A stretch of 63,865 nt of DNA, the filler included, from Asterionella formosa (lineage: Eukaryota): NCBI GenBank assembly GCA_002256025.1. It is 16 parts of 16 records of this genome, joined end to end, with 100 filler letters (N's around TTAATTAATTAA, not from the genome) between each part and the next. Parts side by side here need not be neighbours in the genome. Positions count along the whole stretch, not along the records: positions 21,997 to 43,864 come from NKIB01002929.1; 15 more parts are not named here. One strand, given 5' to 3'. This document shows positions 23,946 through 36,957 of the stretch, piece after piece; position 1 is the first letter of the stretch; the number at the start of each line of letters is the position of its first letter. The position numbers and the translations under genes are program-made. The notes beneath the pieces are model-generated. The model did not search any database, was not told where the DNA came from, and was given only the letters and a program-made list of their open reading frames with translations.

Positions 23946-25769
23946 TGTTAAAGTATTACCTTTGTTGGATAGATCTATTCGTTTGACAACGAAGGCTATA
24001 GTTAGAGACGCTCGTTTCTCTTTCGTTTCTATATTCTTATTGTGAGTTTTACTAAACTAGTTTAGATTGTTTGGTTGGATAAACAAACGAACTATTCTCC
24101 AAATGCTGTTTGCATTTCTAGAAACATACAATCATAGATTGGACCACTAGTCATATGACGAGTGAGTTCAATCCGAAGCTCACTTGGTGTAGCGTCATGG
24201 TTTCGTTCTCGACTATCAATAACGATTGTCAACTGCGTATAGCAATCATTATTATCATGTGATACTGGCTTGATGACATCAAAAGTAGACTGCTGGGATT
24301 CGCCAAGACACATGTCCATCTCACACTCAATGATCATAGGTTTATAACCATTGATCATTCATTTCAAACTATCGGTCTTCCGAAATAGCCTATATTGTCT
24401 GTCTCATTATAGCCAGAGTAACAACATTAAACGTGTGGTTGATGAGAGCTTGGTACATCAAAGTTGACTCATTCGAATAGTTTGACTCATTTGACTGTGA
24501 GTCATAGCTACCGGTACGTAGATGAGCTCACTTCAAGGTTGCTGCATGTGAACCCCTAGCTCGAGGTAGGGTTTATAAAATAATATTGAGTCAGACTAAT
24601 CAAACACATACTTTTCACATACAAATTATACATGTATAACGCTCAACGGAGTCTTCACCAATACACACCCTTTCCATATGCTTACATACAGTCTTCGGAC
24701 AAACTAGGGGTGTATGTCCACTCTATATATCGTCAGTATATAGGATCTTTTCAGAAACTGCAGAAAGGAACTTCGGTTTTTTAACTAGGCTAAAAAGACT
24801 CGAAATTTCTGGGGAAATCTGTTTATTCGGCATAGTAAAAAACCGAAGTTCCTTTCTGCAGTTTCTCGCCAGAAGTTGTATACTGATGCTATTTGAAAGA
24901 TACCTATGTATCTAAATCGCCGTCAGACCCAGCCAACGTTTAGCTATCGTCGTCCAAAAACTCGACAAAATCGGCCTTTTCTACGGTCGCCAAGATATCG
25001 GAATCAGAACTATTAAGTGCCGAAACGTCATCATCGGAATGGTAGTCGTGTGCCGGAATTTTTAGTCCTAAATTCTCCTGTCCAAAAAGTTCCATTGTAG
25101 GTGCCCGCTTCCACATATACAGTATGATTGGTGAATGTGAATTACATTCCTCTGTTTGATTGGCCTGGTTTGCGAGGTCTTGCAAACCCACGCCGGCCAC
25201 ATTGGATGAACATATAACATTTTCTTGGGTGTACTGACAGTCCGGTGCTATATTCACGACGGGTACCTGGTACCAGTTGATGATCATCATTTGACATACG
25301 CGTACCGCTCCTTGAGTGCACTTTCAAATATTTGCTGATCCGCCGGATCGTATACATTATACATAGTCGTCGATCGGAGTTTAGATTGTAGTACTGGTGT
25401 ATGCACATGAATCGATGTAGAATCTATATATGTATATCTACCGGTAATATTAAACGATTTGAATATTTCGAACGGATTCAATGCATAGCATATAAAATCG
25501 TTAATACGAGTATAGAGTGTCCATGCATACATGCTGATCGTATTTTTAGCGTATATATACATAAACCGACCAAGAGTGTCTCTATATATATTTAGCGATT
25601 TCGACAAGGAATCTATGTACGTATTCGCAACTTTCCACTGATTTAAATATTTCAAGTGGAATCACGTCATTCAAAAATAGTTAATTAAATTCTTAATTCC
25701 AGGGAATTTTTGCAACCCTAAGCAATTTTTTAATTTTTGCCTAGGGTTTCAAATGCAGCAACCTTAGCA
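23946..25769 (-). mobile_element. Solo LTR of a second Copia family, interrupted near its end by a MITE
   Basis: 23946-24535 aligns with the LTR at 54287-54707 (TGTTAAAGT...ACTTTAACA). The last LTR bases resume at 25765-25769. It is flanked by the duplication CCCTGC at 23940-23945 and 25770-25775. Confidence 0.85.
24536..25764. mobile_element. Non-autonomous TIR element (MITE-like), ~1.23 kb
   Basis: TIRs are AGGTTGCTGCATGTGAACCCCTAG and CTAGGGTTTCAAATGCAGCAACCT, with an inferred TA target. Other copies of its ends lie at 51604-52030 and 56543-56725. Confidence 0.88.
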
Positions 25770-26793
25770 CCCTGCTGAGTGTGTTGTAGAAATTATTTTA
25801 GGAAAAAAAATCCCGGTATGAATTACCTACTACATATTGAATCGAATGAATCAAAAAGACTACGTCGCCAGTAAAACCCATAATTCTATTAAAACTTTTA
25901 GGAGCAATTTCAATCGATTTCAGTCATATCGTTGATCATATCTACAGCCTATTTGGTCCCTGACGCGTGCTTACAGGATACAAGAAAGCAATAGAAGGCT
26001 TCGGGACGCAATTTCAACATTTCCTAGAAGTGATATGATAGACACAGATCGAGTGTTGTCAGCCAATGGCTGCCTGTCTGAGAAAAGGTGGTGTGTAGAT
26101 CATTGTCATGAATGAAGAATGGCCAGGTCATATCAACTGCTCTTTCCTGCCACTGGGCAGATTCATGTTCAAGGGCGGCGAGGAGGAGATGCTCGTTGCT
26201 GAGAATTGCATGGACATGCTGTCATTCTTAGTGATTTATCACTGAGGACAGAGCGAAGAAATGGGGGGAGGGGAATTGCAGTAGTGAATAAATGAGTTTT
26301 GGGCCCAGTGACTGTGCTGGAGTTCGAAGGTAGCAAGGCTGTGACCTAGGAGTGAAGTACATGCTCCTGTGTAGGTCCTTTACTTACCAACATAGTACCT
26401 CCACACCAATTCCCTTTTATCACCAATGATTCATACTTGTAAGGACATGTCTATCATGATTTGACAGGATACTTTTTTATCTCTTTAAAGTTGATACATA
26501 TAACGCCTGGAACTCAACAGGTCAAGCAAACACTAGGTGGCTTCTGTTAATAGGTGTGCTACATCCAACCCAAACATGATGTGGCTGACTTGAGAGTTAA
26601 TTCATCAGAGTCAATGACAGAACATGTCCTTGTTTCTCAACAATATGTTTCACAGGCTGCTATACCACACAGCTATTACACCTACATACATTGCTAATTT
26701 ATGATGATAAACATGGCGAAACTACTGTGTATGAAACATCTCATGACATGTTCAATAGCACATTGTTTCTCAAAATATATAACTGTGGAAGTT

Positions 26794-29513
26794 TCATATT
26801 TCTACTCGACGCTTTATGTCGTCCAACATTTGCAGATCTGTTGGCAGCATCTGTTTATCTCCAGAAAGAAAATTGCTCATGTATGTTATATCACACTCTT
26901 CATCCGGATCTTCGTATTGGCATGGACGGAACAGATACTTGGCTGCCTTACCAAAATTGTACACCTCCAGGGGATCTCGACCTGTTCCATCATCGAGCAA
27001 CTTGACACACTTAGAATTTAAGTCGTAAACAAGAGGAAGCCCATTGGGAATTTCTAGTCCAGTTATCTGATCTTCTGGAATATCGCACAGGTACATCAAA
27101 AGGCCACGAATGGCATTTTCGCTACTCGAAATTAAGACACGCTTGCCCTGGCCCAGCGCTTCTGGAATTATGCGCTCGGTGAAGTATGGAATTGTGCGGT
27201 CCATACAATCTTTCAACGACTCGTGTTTTGGAAGCTTGCGGCGAACAACAATTTTTCCTGCTTCAATTGATCTAATGACGGACTCTCGTAAGGAGTAACG
27301 AACATCATTTAAATTCTGGTAACGGGCATCATTTCCAGGATAATGTTGAGAGAACGATGATACAGCTGGCGGCCGAGTTTTGAAGCCTCGACGCCATTCC
27401 ATGAACTGCTCATCGCCGTGACGCTGGGCAACCATGCGCTTGGAAAGTCCAGTCAAGGATCCATACATTCGTTCATTTAATCTCCAGGATTTGATTATAG
27501 GTAGCCTACAGTGAAAATTGTTTTATGGTGAGTGCAAGGCTAAATCCGAAAGTAAAGGTAGCAGGAAATTAGGCTTACCATAAAGAGTCCATAGCATCCA
27601 GACATAACCACGCGGTTTCAATTGCGCGAGATAACCAGCTGGTATAAACCACATCAAACTCAAACCCATGAAACTTCAACAACCTTCCTGCCTCACGAGC
27701 TTCATCCACCCCGTCTTGCGCCAATGGCGCATCTTCCCAGCCTGTGAAAAGGCCAAGTTTATTGTGCTCTGTCTTTCCGTGGCGAATAATGACAAGAACT
27801 GCATCCTTTCGAATAGGGGTGTCTCCTATAAGCGTTGTAGTTGAAGTCACACATGGATTGCTAGTAATAAGAGAGGGCGATACAAGGCTCTCACCATCCT
27901 CACAATCCTCGTATTCCCTTGTATTCTGCATATTAAACTTGGATTTCTCAACCACAAAACTCAGTGGACTGGTTTCCGGCTTTCGCATGGCATTTTCCCA
28001 AACCTTGTCTTCTACAAACTGCATTGGAAGGCCACCATTCCCATCGTTGCCATCGTCGTCGACTGGTGCATTCGGATCAACGAATCTACCTGCCCATGTT
28101 CCAAGCTCGCGTTCTGCGATCAACTTGAATAAGGAACTTTCCAATGGAGTCAAAGGTGACTTGTTTCTATTCATGGTACTATCATATCCAGGAACTTGAT
28201 TAGACCACTCTTCTTCTCGTTTCAACGCTTCTTTCAACAATCCGGGCTTTTCTAAAAATAAACCTCTCATATGAATCTGTGAAGCCGTTTGAAGATCTCC
28301 ACTTGGAGGCAAAACACGCATTTGTTTGTCAAACTTGTAAATAATTGGAATTCCCGTTGGGATAGCCACTTCCTAGATTGCCAGAAAATACGAGAATATT
28401 AAGTGAGTCTGGAAACAAATCTACGATATGCAACACAACAGCTCCGAAATAAATACCTGAATTTCGTCGGCACCAATATTATCGATCGTCTTGACCAAAC
28501 CACGCAAGGTATTTGCATGCGCGACTACCATGACATTCCTTCCATTACAGAGTTCCTTGCGAATCTTGTTATTCCAAACTGGAGCAGCTCGTTCCATGCA
28601 ATCTTGAAGCGACTCTGTGAGTGGAATCTGGTCGGCAGTGAGGTCAAAATATTTCCGATCTTTTCCAGGCCAATACCTGTCAGTTGGGCGAAGTGCTGGT
28701 GGGCGTGCACCCAATGATCCTCTCCACGTTTGGACTAACTCATGTCCAAGTTGCTCTGCTGTCTCCTTCTTGCTGAGTCCAGTTAAAGCACCTATGATGG
28801 CAGACCAAGGTTAACCCTTGATGCTTCGAAAATGATTCTTTCCACGTTCGATACTACGTACCATACATTCTTTCATTGAGTCGCCAAGACTTGAACACAG
28901 GCATATATTGTAAATTCATTTCCTGTAAAATAATCCAGGACGATCGAATTGCGCGCTTGAGACGAGACGTGAATACCACGTCAATCTGATACCCTCCTTC
29001 CAACAGTAAGCGTGCGGCATGCTCCGATTCTCGATAGCCCTGAGTAGACAAATCTGGATCTGCCCATCCCGTAAAGGTTTTGTTAGCATTCCAAATAGAC
29101 TCGCCGTGCCTTACCAATATCAAGGTTCCTGGTTCTCCAGGAGGGTCAACAATTCTCTTGATGAGTCTAAACGGAAATTTGATGGCCTTGCGCAATATAC
29201 TTCGCTTCTTAGTCATCATTTGAGCGTACCCATCTTCGTCCTCGTCGCCTGGCTCGTCTTCTCTTTGACGTCGGAATAGCTTGAAGCGTCTAAACGAAGA
29301 CGTCTTGGAGAGATATTGAGAATAGTCCTTATCTGTTGTGTAGCCGGAGAACCCAATGGTTTCTGGTTTGTTCTTTTCGGGCTGGACTGCATACAATGTC
29401 GTTAGAGGAATACATAATGAGGACTTGATAGAGGGTGTGAAGCCAGATGACAAAGATATCACGCCGATTAAGATTAGACATGTCATCGAGGACTGACTGT
29501 TAGTCTTGATCAT
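26794..29513 (-). CDS. gpmA: 2,3-BPG-dependent phosphoglycerate mutase with two tandem PGAM domains, probably plastid-targeted (~830 aa, 4 exons)
   Basis: Exons are 29513-28862, 28791-28457, 28372-27579 and 27505-26794, with GT-AG introns at 28792-28861, 28373-28456 and 27506-27578. It has two RHG motifs (LVRHGES..FTGWAD and IIRHGKT..FTGWED) and two SWRLNERMYG motifs. A signal peptide ends at SSG-FTP. Confidence 0.93.
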
Positions 29514-29827
29514 TTATCTCGTCTATCTCAAGTGAAAACTTAAATGATAGAATGGTGAAGATTGTATTTACTGGGCTCTAATTCCTCGCGGCTGCCGTCT
29601 GTTGCCCTTCAAGGTTGCTTTTTGATCCGATTATTTTGATGTACCAGGTACTGAACAACAAAAGAAGGTGTACCAGTGTGTCGTATTAGATGAAATATAT
29701 GGAATCCTACGAGTCGAGCATCGATATTTTTGGGTGAATAAAAAAACCATGACACGCCATGATGTCTTTCTGCCATTTGTGGAGGAGAAGTCGTTTTATG
29801 TTCTGGCTCCTGATGATGGACTTGATA

Positions 29828-32800
29828 TAGCCATTCCCGCTCTATATAGTTATCGTCTTGCCATTCGGGAACTTCTAAGTAATTTTTAGGCTTTAAGTAA
29901 TTTCTTAAGTAATTTTTATTTAGGGACAATATTGGGCACATCGAATTTTTTGGCATTTCAATTGCAGATTTTAGCATGACATTCTGAATAAAAGTAAATG
30001 ACACTTTTTTGAATAGGTCAAAGAACACCATGGAGAAGAGAAATATTTTGACCATCGAAAAATTCACACAAAAATGATTGTAACATACGATGTCAAAATT
30101 GGATCATCATGTTTTGTGCAATCAAAGTATGATTTCATGATTGAATCATCAACAACAAAGGTAAGCAACAAGATGACGATTCAAGTAAGGAGAGAGCGAA
30201 AGAAGAGAAAAGGAAAGGAAAGGAAAGGAATATAGATTTGGTGAGAAAACCATCAACAAAAATTTTTATCAACTTCAATGTCACAAAAAACTTACCCTCT
30301 GTTTTTCCATCATGTCAGCATCACAGAAATGAATTTTTCTATATGAAGGAGGAGCTGGGGTAATTGTATCTACCGGATGTTGATGGCTGATGCTGTGGTG
30401 GATGGGTGTGTGCTGGAGTTGAAGCCAGCTGGTGGTGGTAGTGGTAGACTGGTGGTGGTTGACTGCTTCTTGCCAGAGGCAGCAGATGATACTAGTATCC
30501 ATGAGGAGGAGCATGGAGCAGGAGTATGGGTGTAGTACATTTGTTGTGGTTGTTGTGCTGGCAGTGAATGAATAAATGAATGCAAATATGGCTGCTGATA
30601 GGAATATGCAATGTTGTTAGGTGGGGGAGGATGGGGACCAGAATGATAGATTGCTTGTTGTCGAGGCGGCGGACCAGAACTGTATATGGATATCAATTGG
30701 AGTTGAAATTGCAACTGATTTCTTGACATCACCAAGCGGAATGAAAGATAGTTCAGCAGAATATTTTTCGGGAAAATGAAGCTGGTCCTTGGTGTCTTTG
30801 CACTTTTCGAAATCTGCAAGCCTTGCTTGATGCTGCATTTCCTTTGATGGCAGCTGGTATCTGGCATTTATTTCAGCTGATCCATGCCTGAATTTATCAA
30901 GAATGATCTTCATAGATAGTGACAGCAGAATATTTTTCGGGAAAATGAAGCTGGTCCTTGGTGTCTTCGCACTTTTCGAAATCTGCAACAAGCCTTGCTT
31001 GATGCTGCATTTCCTTTGATGGCAGCTGGTATCTGGTATTTATTTCAGCTGATCCATGCCTGAATTTATCAAGAATGATCTTCGTAGGTAGTGAAACACT
31101 AGAGTTGACAAGTGAAGAAATCATACTCTGCCTCCTACCATGGGAAGCGCAAGCAACGAGCAGTATTATCCATGCCTGAAGCTGTAGCTAAGAAGTCAAT
31201 GGAAAGCCTAGTAGCATAGCCTTTACCAAAGTAGTCTCCCTTCTTGTGTCCTGCCTTGTATGTTAGTCCTAGCTTGCGTCGGTTTGTAGTACCAAGTATA
31301 TGAGAAGCAATGATGTAGAAAGAGTCACACATGATTTTGCTAGAACATAGTTAGTACGCATATGCATATGTACTGGTATGCATAACAAATAACCGGTTCC
31401 AGCAGTACACACACACATAGTATCATAGCAGAAGTACATACCTTGAGCTCTTTCTCAGGAGCATGTCGCCGAAAGAATGGAGGGTTGTTAGTTACCATCA
31501 TCTTGGGCAAACAGAGGTTATCCCGGTAGTGATGTATAAGTTTCACTAGTATACATGTAGGGTTCCTGGTATCCTTGATCATTGTTCGTTCCTATAGACC
31601 TTGGTACTTCCGCTCAGTATGTTGCATTGTCAGGGCATTATTCTTTTCGACTTCACTAGGATGTAGCACGATGACAGTTTGTAGACTGTCCATCAAACCG
31701 ACTGTCACCTTGTTGAATGGATCCTTGGACTCCGAACGCTTTGCCCATTTTCCATACCATTGACTTGAGGCAATCATCATAATTCAGGTAAGCTTGCGTC
31801 CAGAGTGCACGTAGCGTCCTGTCTTCGTCTTAATCGAACTGTGACGCCATGGGGGCCGGCTTGTGACCATATTCCAATGGACAGTGATTGGCAGCAATTG
31901 CCATTTTTTTAAATGCTTAAATCTCACCTTTGCCACCATTGAAATCCTTCGACAGGGAGTATGGGATACCTTGATATCTTTCAGCCTGGTTTGGGCCATG
32001 TTCAGTTGGTACATTGCTGATGTGATGGCTTTGTCAGATGCAGTTTCAAGGATGACAGGTGATTTTTTTCTTAAACAATTTGGTTGCAAACCAAGGCACA
32101 GAAGTGTTGATGATGTCCTTGGTGGAGTTACGGCATACGCCACGACAAAGTAGATAGAATCAATGGATTGGCTGGTTTTCGTTGTCAGGATCCTGATACA
32201 TACAAGCAAGCAAGCCCAAGGTTGGATTTTCGACAAGAGTTTCAAAGAATAACATCAGTTTGTGTAGCAGATCCAAAAACACCATTGTTTGATTGAATGG
32301 CATTTGCATAGCCTTCAGCAGTTGCAACCGACTTTGGATTCCAGGAATCACGGTGGCACTCATGAGCTCCAGCACTAGGATCAACGACGGCAAAATTTGG
32401 GTAGTACTTTGTGTCAGAATCACATCCGCTTCTGTTGCTGCAATCAGAATGATTACAATCAACAGAGCTGGAGCTTTCAAAATCAGAATAGCTTGTTGCT
32501 ACATCAGAATCTTTCACAGTTGTAGTGGATACACTGCTTTTACAAGGTTCTTTAACAAAGCTGACAATGACAAGAAAGAAACAATGCGACTGTGAGTGAT
32601 TGTAACACCAAGGAACAGAAGCACAATGATCCTACTTCTTCATCATTTTGATAAATGGCTACTAATTCGGGAATACTTGCAGCATTTGCAGCAAACTCAT
32701 TCTGTTCCAATAAACTGAAATATGTAATTGATTGAATATGTTAGGATGAAATCAACAGCACGAGCAGCATGATGGTAGCACACAACAATCATTAACATAC

Positions 32801-34080
32801 TACCAAAGCTTCTTTTTCCCTGCCAGTGCACATAATGACGATGCAGCACGCCGGTTATCATCTTGCTCTTTGCGCTTAGCAGTCTTTGTCACTGCTCTTT
32901 GAGAGAAACGACAGCTTCTAGCTCCCCGTTGTCATTGTAGAATAATCAGTATGTTTGAATTATAATAACATTGAATGAAAACAGAGCGAATCTAAATTTT
33001 AGAGCCGCTCAAAAAGCACTATCAAACTTGCTCGTGAGCTACCATATCTGATCTTCACGTAGAAAACATCCTAAAAAGATATTTTTTGAATTGATACTGA
33101 ACATTATGTCTGAAAATAGCACCAAAATTTTGACATCGATGGCACGAAATTGACTCCTTACCGGCGCAACCCATGATGAATCATGGTATCCAAAAATCCA
33201 ATCAACGATAGTATCAATGAGCACCAATCATCTGAATTGTCAGCGTCCAACAGATCGCTCGGATGATGGATGATGATACTTTTGGAGATCAATTGAATTA
33301 GGAATTACCGTTTTTGCGCCACCACGACGAAGTAGGGATGATGACTTAACATGAATCCCACGTGCAGATGAGTAATCCAAGAACCAACCACATCTGTTTG
33401 ACGATGAGTCGCTACTTCCGTCATCAACAAACACATTTATTTGCTTCTGATTGGGCATGATGGTTACTAATGATTGACTGTGTCAATGCTGTATTTCCGT
33501 CCTCACATCATTTTAAGAAACAAACAAAATCGATGTATAGTATTACAACAGATTGGTGAATACTAGATATATTATTATCAAATCTGTAGAGTAAATAAAA
33601 TGGTTTCCTTAAGTAGACGCCTTGCCAATTTTGGCAATCCCAGGGCTGAAAACCGAGGGGCAATTGATACGAATATTTATACCAAAATGCGAACATAGGA
33701 AATACACAAAATATACTTTGATGATGGGCAATATTGGACCCATTGCAAATTTCGTGTGAAGATAGGAAGGAAATATAAAAAATATATTTTATATGATGGG
33801 CTGTAGCAAGCTAAAATTGACATTTAAATTCAATGAGTGGGCAGTAGCAGGTTAGCGAATGGCGCGACAATAGCTAGTTTGTGAATTGGCTCAACAATAA
33901 CCTTCTTGGTGTCTACCGGTACATGCCTTCTTGTATACATGTGAACTCGGCTGGGATGGCACTCGTAGGGTGACCTTCTTGCAGTGCCAGGGGCGCCATG
34001 GTCAATCTACTTGCACCACCCAGCCTCGAACACATGTATGCTTGCAGGCAAGAGACCACCTTGGGCGTGTCTTGCCTTCA
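29828..34080 (-). mobile_element. Degenerate tyrosine-recombinase (Crypton-like) DNA element, copy B
   Basis: A fragmented, intron-containing ORF runs from ~32935 to ~30370. Across one frameshift it reads ASHGRRQSMISSLVN...RHGSAEINTRYQ (HxxR plus distal H...Y), with IKDTRNPTCILVKLIHHY upstream. Its ends are shared with 7672-9737. Confidence 0.7.
30754..31094. repeat. ~169-bp tandem duplication inside the recombinase gene
   Basis: The unit starting CAGCAGAATATTTTTCGGGAAAATGAAG occurs at 30754 and again at 30923. Confidence 0.92.
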
Positions 34081-35148
34081 GGAACAAAGTAAGTTTTAAA
34101 ATATGTAGATAAAACTAGATCAGATGACCTGACCATTTCGACATGACACTGGCAAAAGCAAAAAACCGTGTGCTGTCCATTTCTTTGAAACACGAATTTT
34201 AAGTGCGGAAGTAATAGCTAACCCTTCATACTCTCTAAGCCTTTCTTCCATTTCAAAAAATGCACATTTATAAAGTTATGTTTGTTTCCGAAAAATCGTG
34301 CATTTTCGGGGACTCCAGTTCTTTTATCAACCACAATGCTCCGTTTTTGAAACCGAAGAGTGACTTATAAATGTGCAACATCATTGATTTCCTCTGCATC
34401 ACTGAATGACTGCGCTTGGCCCTAGTTGCCTTCTTCGTTGTCATTGCTGTTCCTATCACTGCTTTCTTGTCAGACAAATCAGACTCATTCTTTGGAGGTT
34501 GTCTGCATCATAAAGGAATACATTGAACAGAAGCAATAAGCAAACAAAAAGCAAGCAAATTAGCACATTGGAATGACTCTGGGGCTCAGTTGTTGCTTAT
34601 TACTGGCATTGCTACTCATCCCCGAAGACTATGACATCAGAACCTTTCAGCTTTGCCTGTTCTTGCCTCTCCTTCTTCAGTCTCCCAGACACGGTTTATT
34701 TTGGAATTGAATGTGCAGTGAGCGAGAAGAGTAACTGGCGCACATTCATAAAGATGCATAAAGATGATAAACATTCATCCACGACCGGTGCGCCAAACCA
34801 CTGAGTTGGCGATCCGCATAAAAATCCGTATACTACTTTTGTATACCTTTTTACGATAAATTTGGGTAGCGCGTGCAAGAAGCATTCGAAATCATACCTC
34901 GGAGACATATCAATTTTCTACTTTCCGTATATGGGGGAACATGGAAACTTGGAGCCCGTGTGGGAACTCATAATGATATAGAAGCAAAATTACAAGAGTC
35001 CGGGCAATGGAAAGACATACCTGAGCCAAGGCAAACTGTAACCTCACAACTTGAATGGTCTCAAACCATTTGAAGAACCTGTGGATCTTTCTTTGAAATC
35101 AGGTTAATCCTTGAATCAATTGAGCTTATTGCTGTCCTTACAAATCTT

Positions 35149-36957
35149 TCAGAGGAATTCATCCGATACAGATATTCCTGCCACTTCGACCAACTCTAAA
35201 CGAGAAGCAATCCTTTTCGACAATCTAGGGGGGTCGACTAGGCCAGCCGTTGACGAAAGATGGTTGGCAGCTGATACAACGTCAATCGGAGTTATCCCTA
35301 ACGAACTGGCACGTGAGATATAGTAGGCTAGGAAAGCGCGATATGCTCCTTCAGCAGAACGAGTCAAGACAACGTCACCGCAGCGAATCCTCTTGTGTAC
35401 GCTTTCCAACTGATTCTTCATTTCGTCGTCAGCAATTAGCAATGATTTCTGAAACTTTTCATTCCTTTCAATTCCATATCGTTTCATCGTCGTAACCACC
35501 TTCTCTTCGAAAGGCAGCAACACCTGCAACCCTCGTCCGTCCTTGCCAGCTCGACCAGTCCGTCCAAGTCGATGGATATAGGTGTTTTCGCTGTCCGCAG
35601 ACCCGTACTGCACAACCAAAGAAACGTCTGGATAGTCAACGCCCCTTGCCGAAACGTCGCTAGTGAATAGAACACCCTTGCGACCAACGCGAAATGCATC
35701 ACTTGCACGTTGGCGAGCAGATTGGGACATTTTGGAATGAAGTTCCAATATTTGTATGCCCAGACCAACTTGGAAAACGTCCGCGAAAAAGCCAACGAGT
35801 TTTGTGGTGGGAAAAAAGACGACGACCTTGTAATTTCCCAACGTCATGGCTTCTTGGATGATGTAAACAAGCGTAGATATATAGGTATCCATACTTGGTA
35901 GCTGAATATACGATTGTTCAACCTGCTGGTTTGTTTTGGTGGATGTATCTCGTTCATTCACGCAGTCCACCATTACAGCATCCGCCCCGACGATTTCCTT
36001 CATATCATGTCGCAAGGATCGTGGTATTGTGGCTGAGAAAAGTAGCGTTTGCCGCTTATCTGCTCTCGGCAAGTACGTGAGAATTTTACGAATTTCTTTG
36101 GAAAAGCCCATGTCCAAGAGTCGATCCATCTCATCGAGAACAACAATCTTGGTTTCTTTCAAGATGGCGCTGAACTTTCGAGGCCCGAAATTGGTTTCTT
36201 GAATATGATCCTGGAGCCGACCAGGAGTGGCGACTAGAATTGTAGGAAGCCGTTTCTGGAGCATGTTAATGTCCCGGATCATTTTGGTACCCCCGTACAT
36301 TGACATAACTGTGTATTCCTTGGAATGATACGTCATCAATATAGCAGCTTCCTCTGCAATTTGAATGACGAGCTCTCGAGTGGGCGCAATTATGATCATT
36401 CCTATGGAAGCCCCTGTTATATACAGATCTTTGTCATTGGAAATTAATCGTTCCAACGATGGAATGAGAAACGCAAGCGTCTTGCCTGTTCCAGTTCGAG
36501 CTCGACCCATTATGGATGTTCCAGAAATCGCATGTCCAAAGGTTTGCGCCTGAATTTCAGTCATTTTCTCCAGCTTCATCTTTTCTATCAGAGCCCGTTT
36601 GGTAGCCGCATGAAGGTCGGCTCGGTCCCGAAATGTGGTTTTCGATAACAAAGTTGGGTCTTTCAATGGAAGTATTTGAGGCTGCTCATCAGATGAGGTA
36701 GCCGCGTCGGATTGATGTCTAGTTCGCATGGGTCTCACTCGTCCCGACAAGCGTTGAGGCGTCGACGAGGATTCTTCGCCGTAACCATATTCGTCCATCA
36801 GACTTGATCGATGATGAACATGAGTCGAGGGACCAGCATGGTGGCAGAACCTTTTCGTCCATTGGCACTGGTTGACGGTGACCAACGACTTCGCTGTTGA
36901 TCGTAAGAAACAACCGACGATCAGAAACAGGAATTGAACGTTTTTTTGCCCCCTCAT
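35149..36957 (-). CDS. DEAD-box RNA helicase, MSS116/DDX18-like, probably organelle-targeted
   Basis: Motifs: Q motif MTEIQ, ARTGTGKT, PTREL, GG, TPGRL, DEMD, SAT, ARGVD and HRLGRTGRAG. The ORF is open to 37146, but the start at 36957 (MRGQKNVQFLFLIVGCFL) gives a signal-peptide-like N-terminus. Confidence 0.92.
   Translation of the reverse strand: MRGQKNVQFLFLIVGCFLRSTAKSLVTVNQCQWTKRFCHHAGPSTHVHHRSSLMDEYGYGEESSSTPQRLSGRVRPMRTRHQSDAATSSDEQPQILPLKDPTLLSKTTFRDRADLHAATKRALIEKMKLEKMTEIQAQTFGHAISGTSIMGRARTGTGKTLAFLIPSLERLISNDKDLYITGASIGMIIIAPTRELVIQIAEEAAILMTYHSKEYTVMSMYGGTKMIRDINMLQKRLPTILVATPGRLQDHIQETNFGPRKFSAILKETKIVVLDEMDRLLDMGFSKEIRKILTYLPRADKRQTLLFSATIPRSLRHDMKEIVGADAVMVDCVNERDTSTKTNQQVEQSYIQLPSMDTYISTLVYIIQEAMTLGNYKVVVFFPTTKLVGFFADVFQVGLGIQILELHSKMSQSARQRASDAFRVGRKGVLFTSDVSARGVDYPDVSLVVQYGSADSENTYIHRLGRTGRAGKDGRGLQVLLPFEEKVVTTMKRYGIERNEKFQKSLLIADDEMKNQLESVHKRIRCGDVVLTRSAEGAYRAFLAYYISRASSLGITPIDVVSAANHLSSTAGLVDPPRLSKRIASRLELVEVAGISVSDEFL

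Noticed and set aside
25142..25655. ORFs inside the MITE as a transposase
   Set aside because: No DDE or other recognisable motifs are present, and the composition is TATA-rich and non-coding-like.
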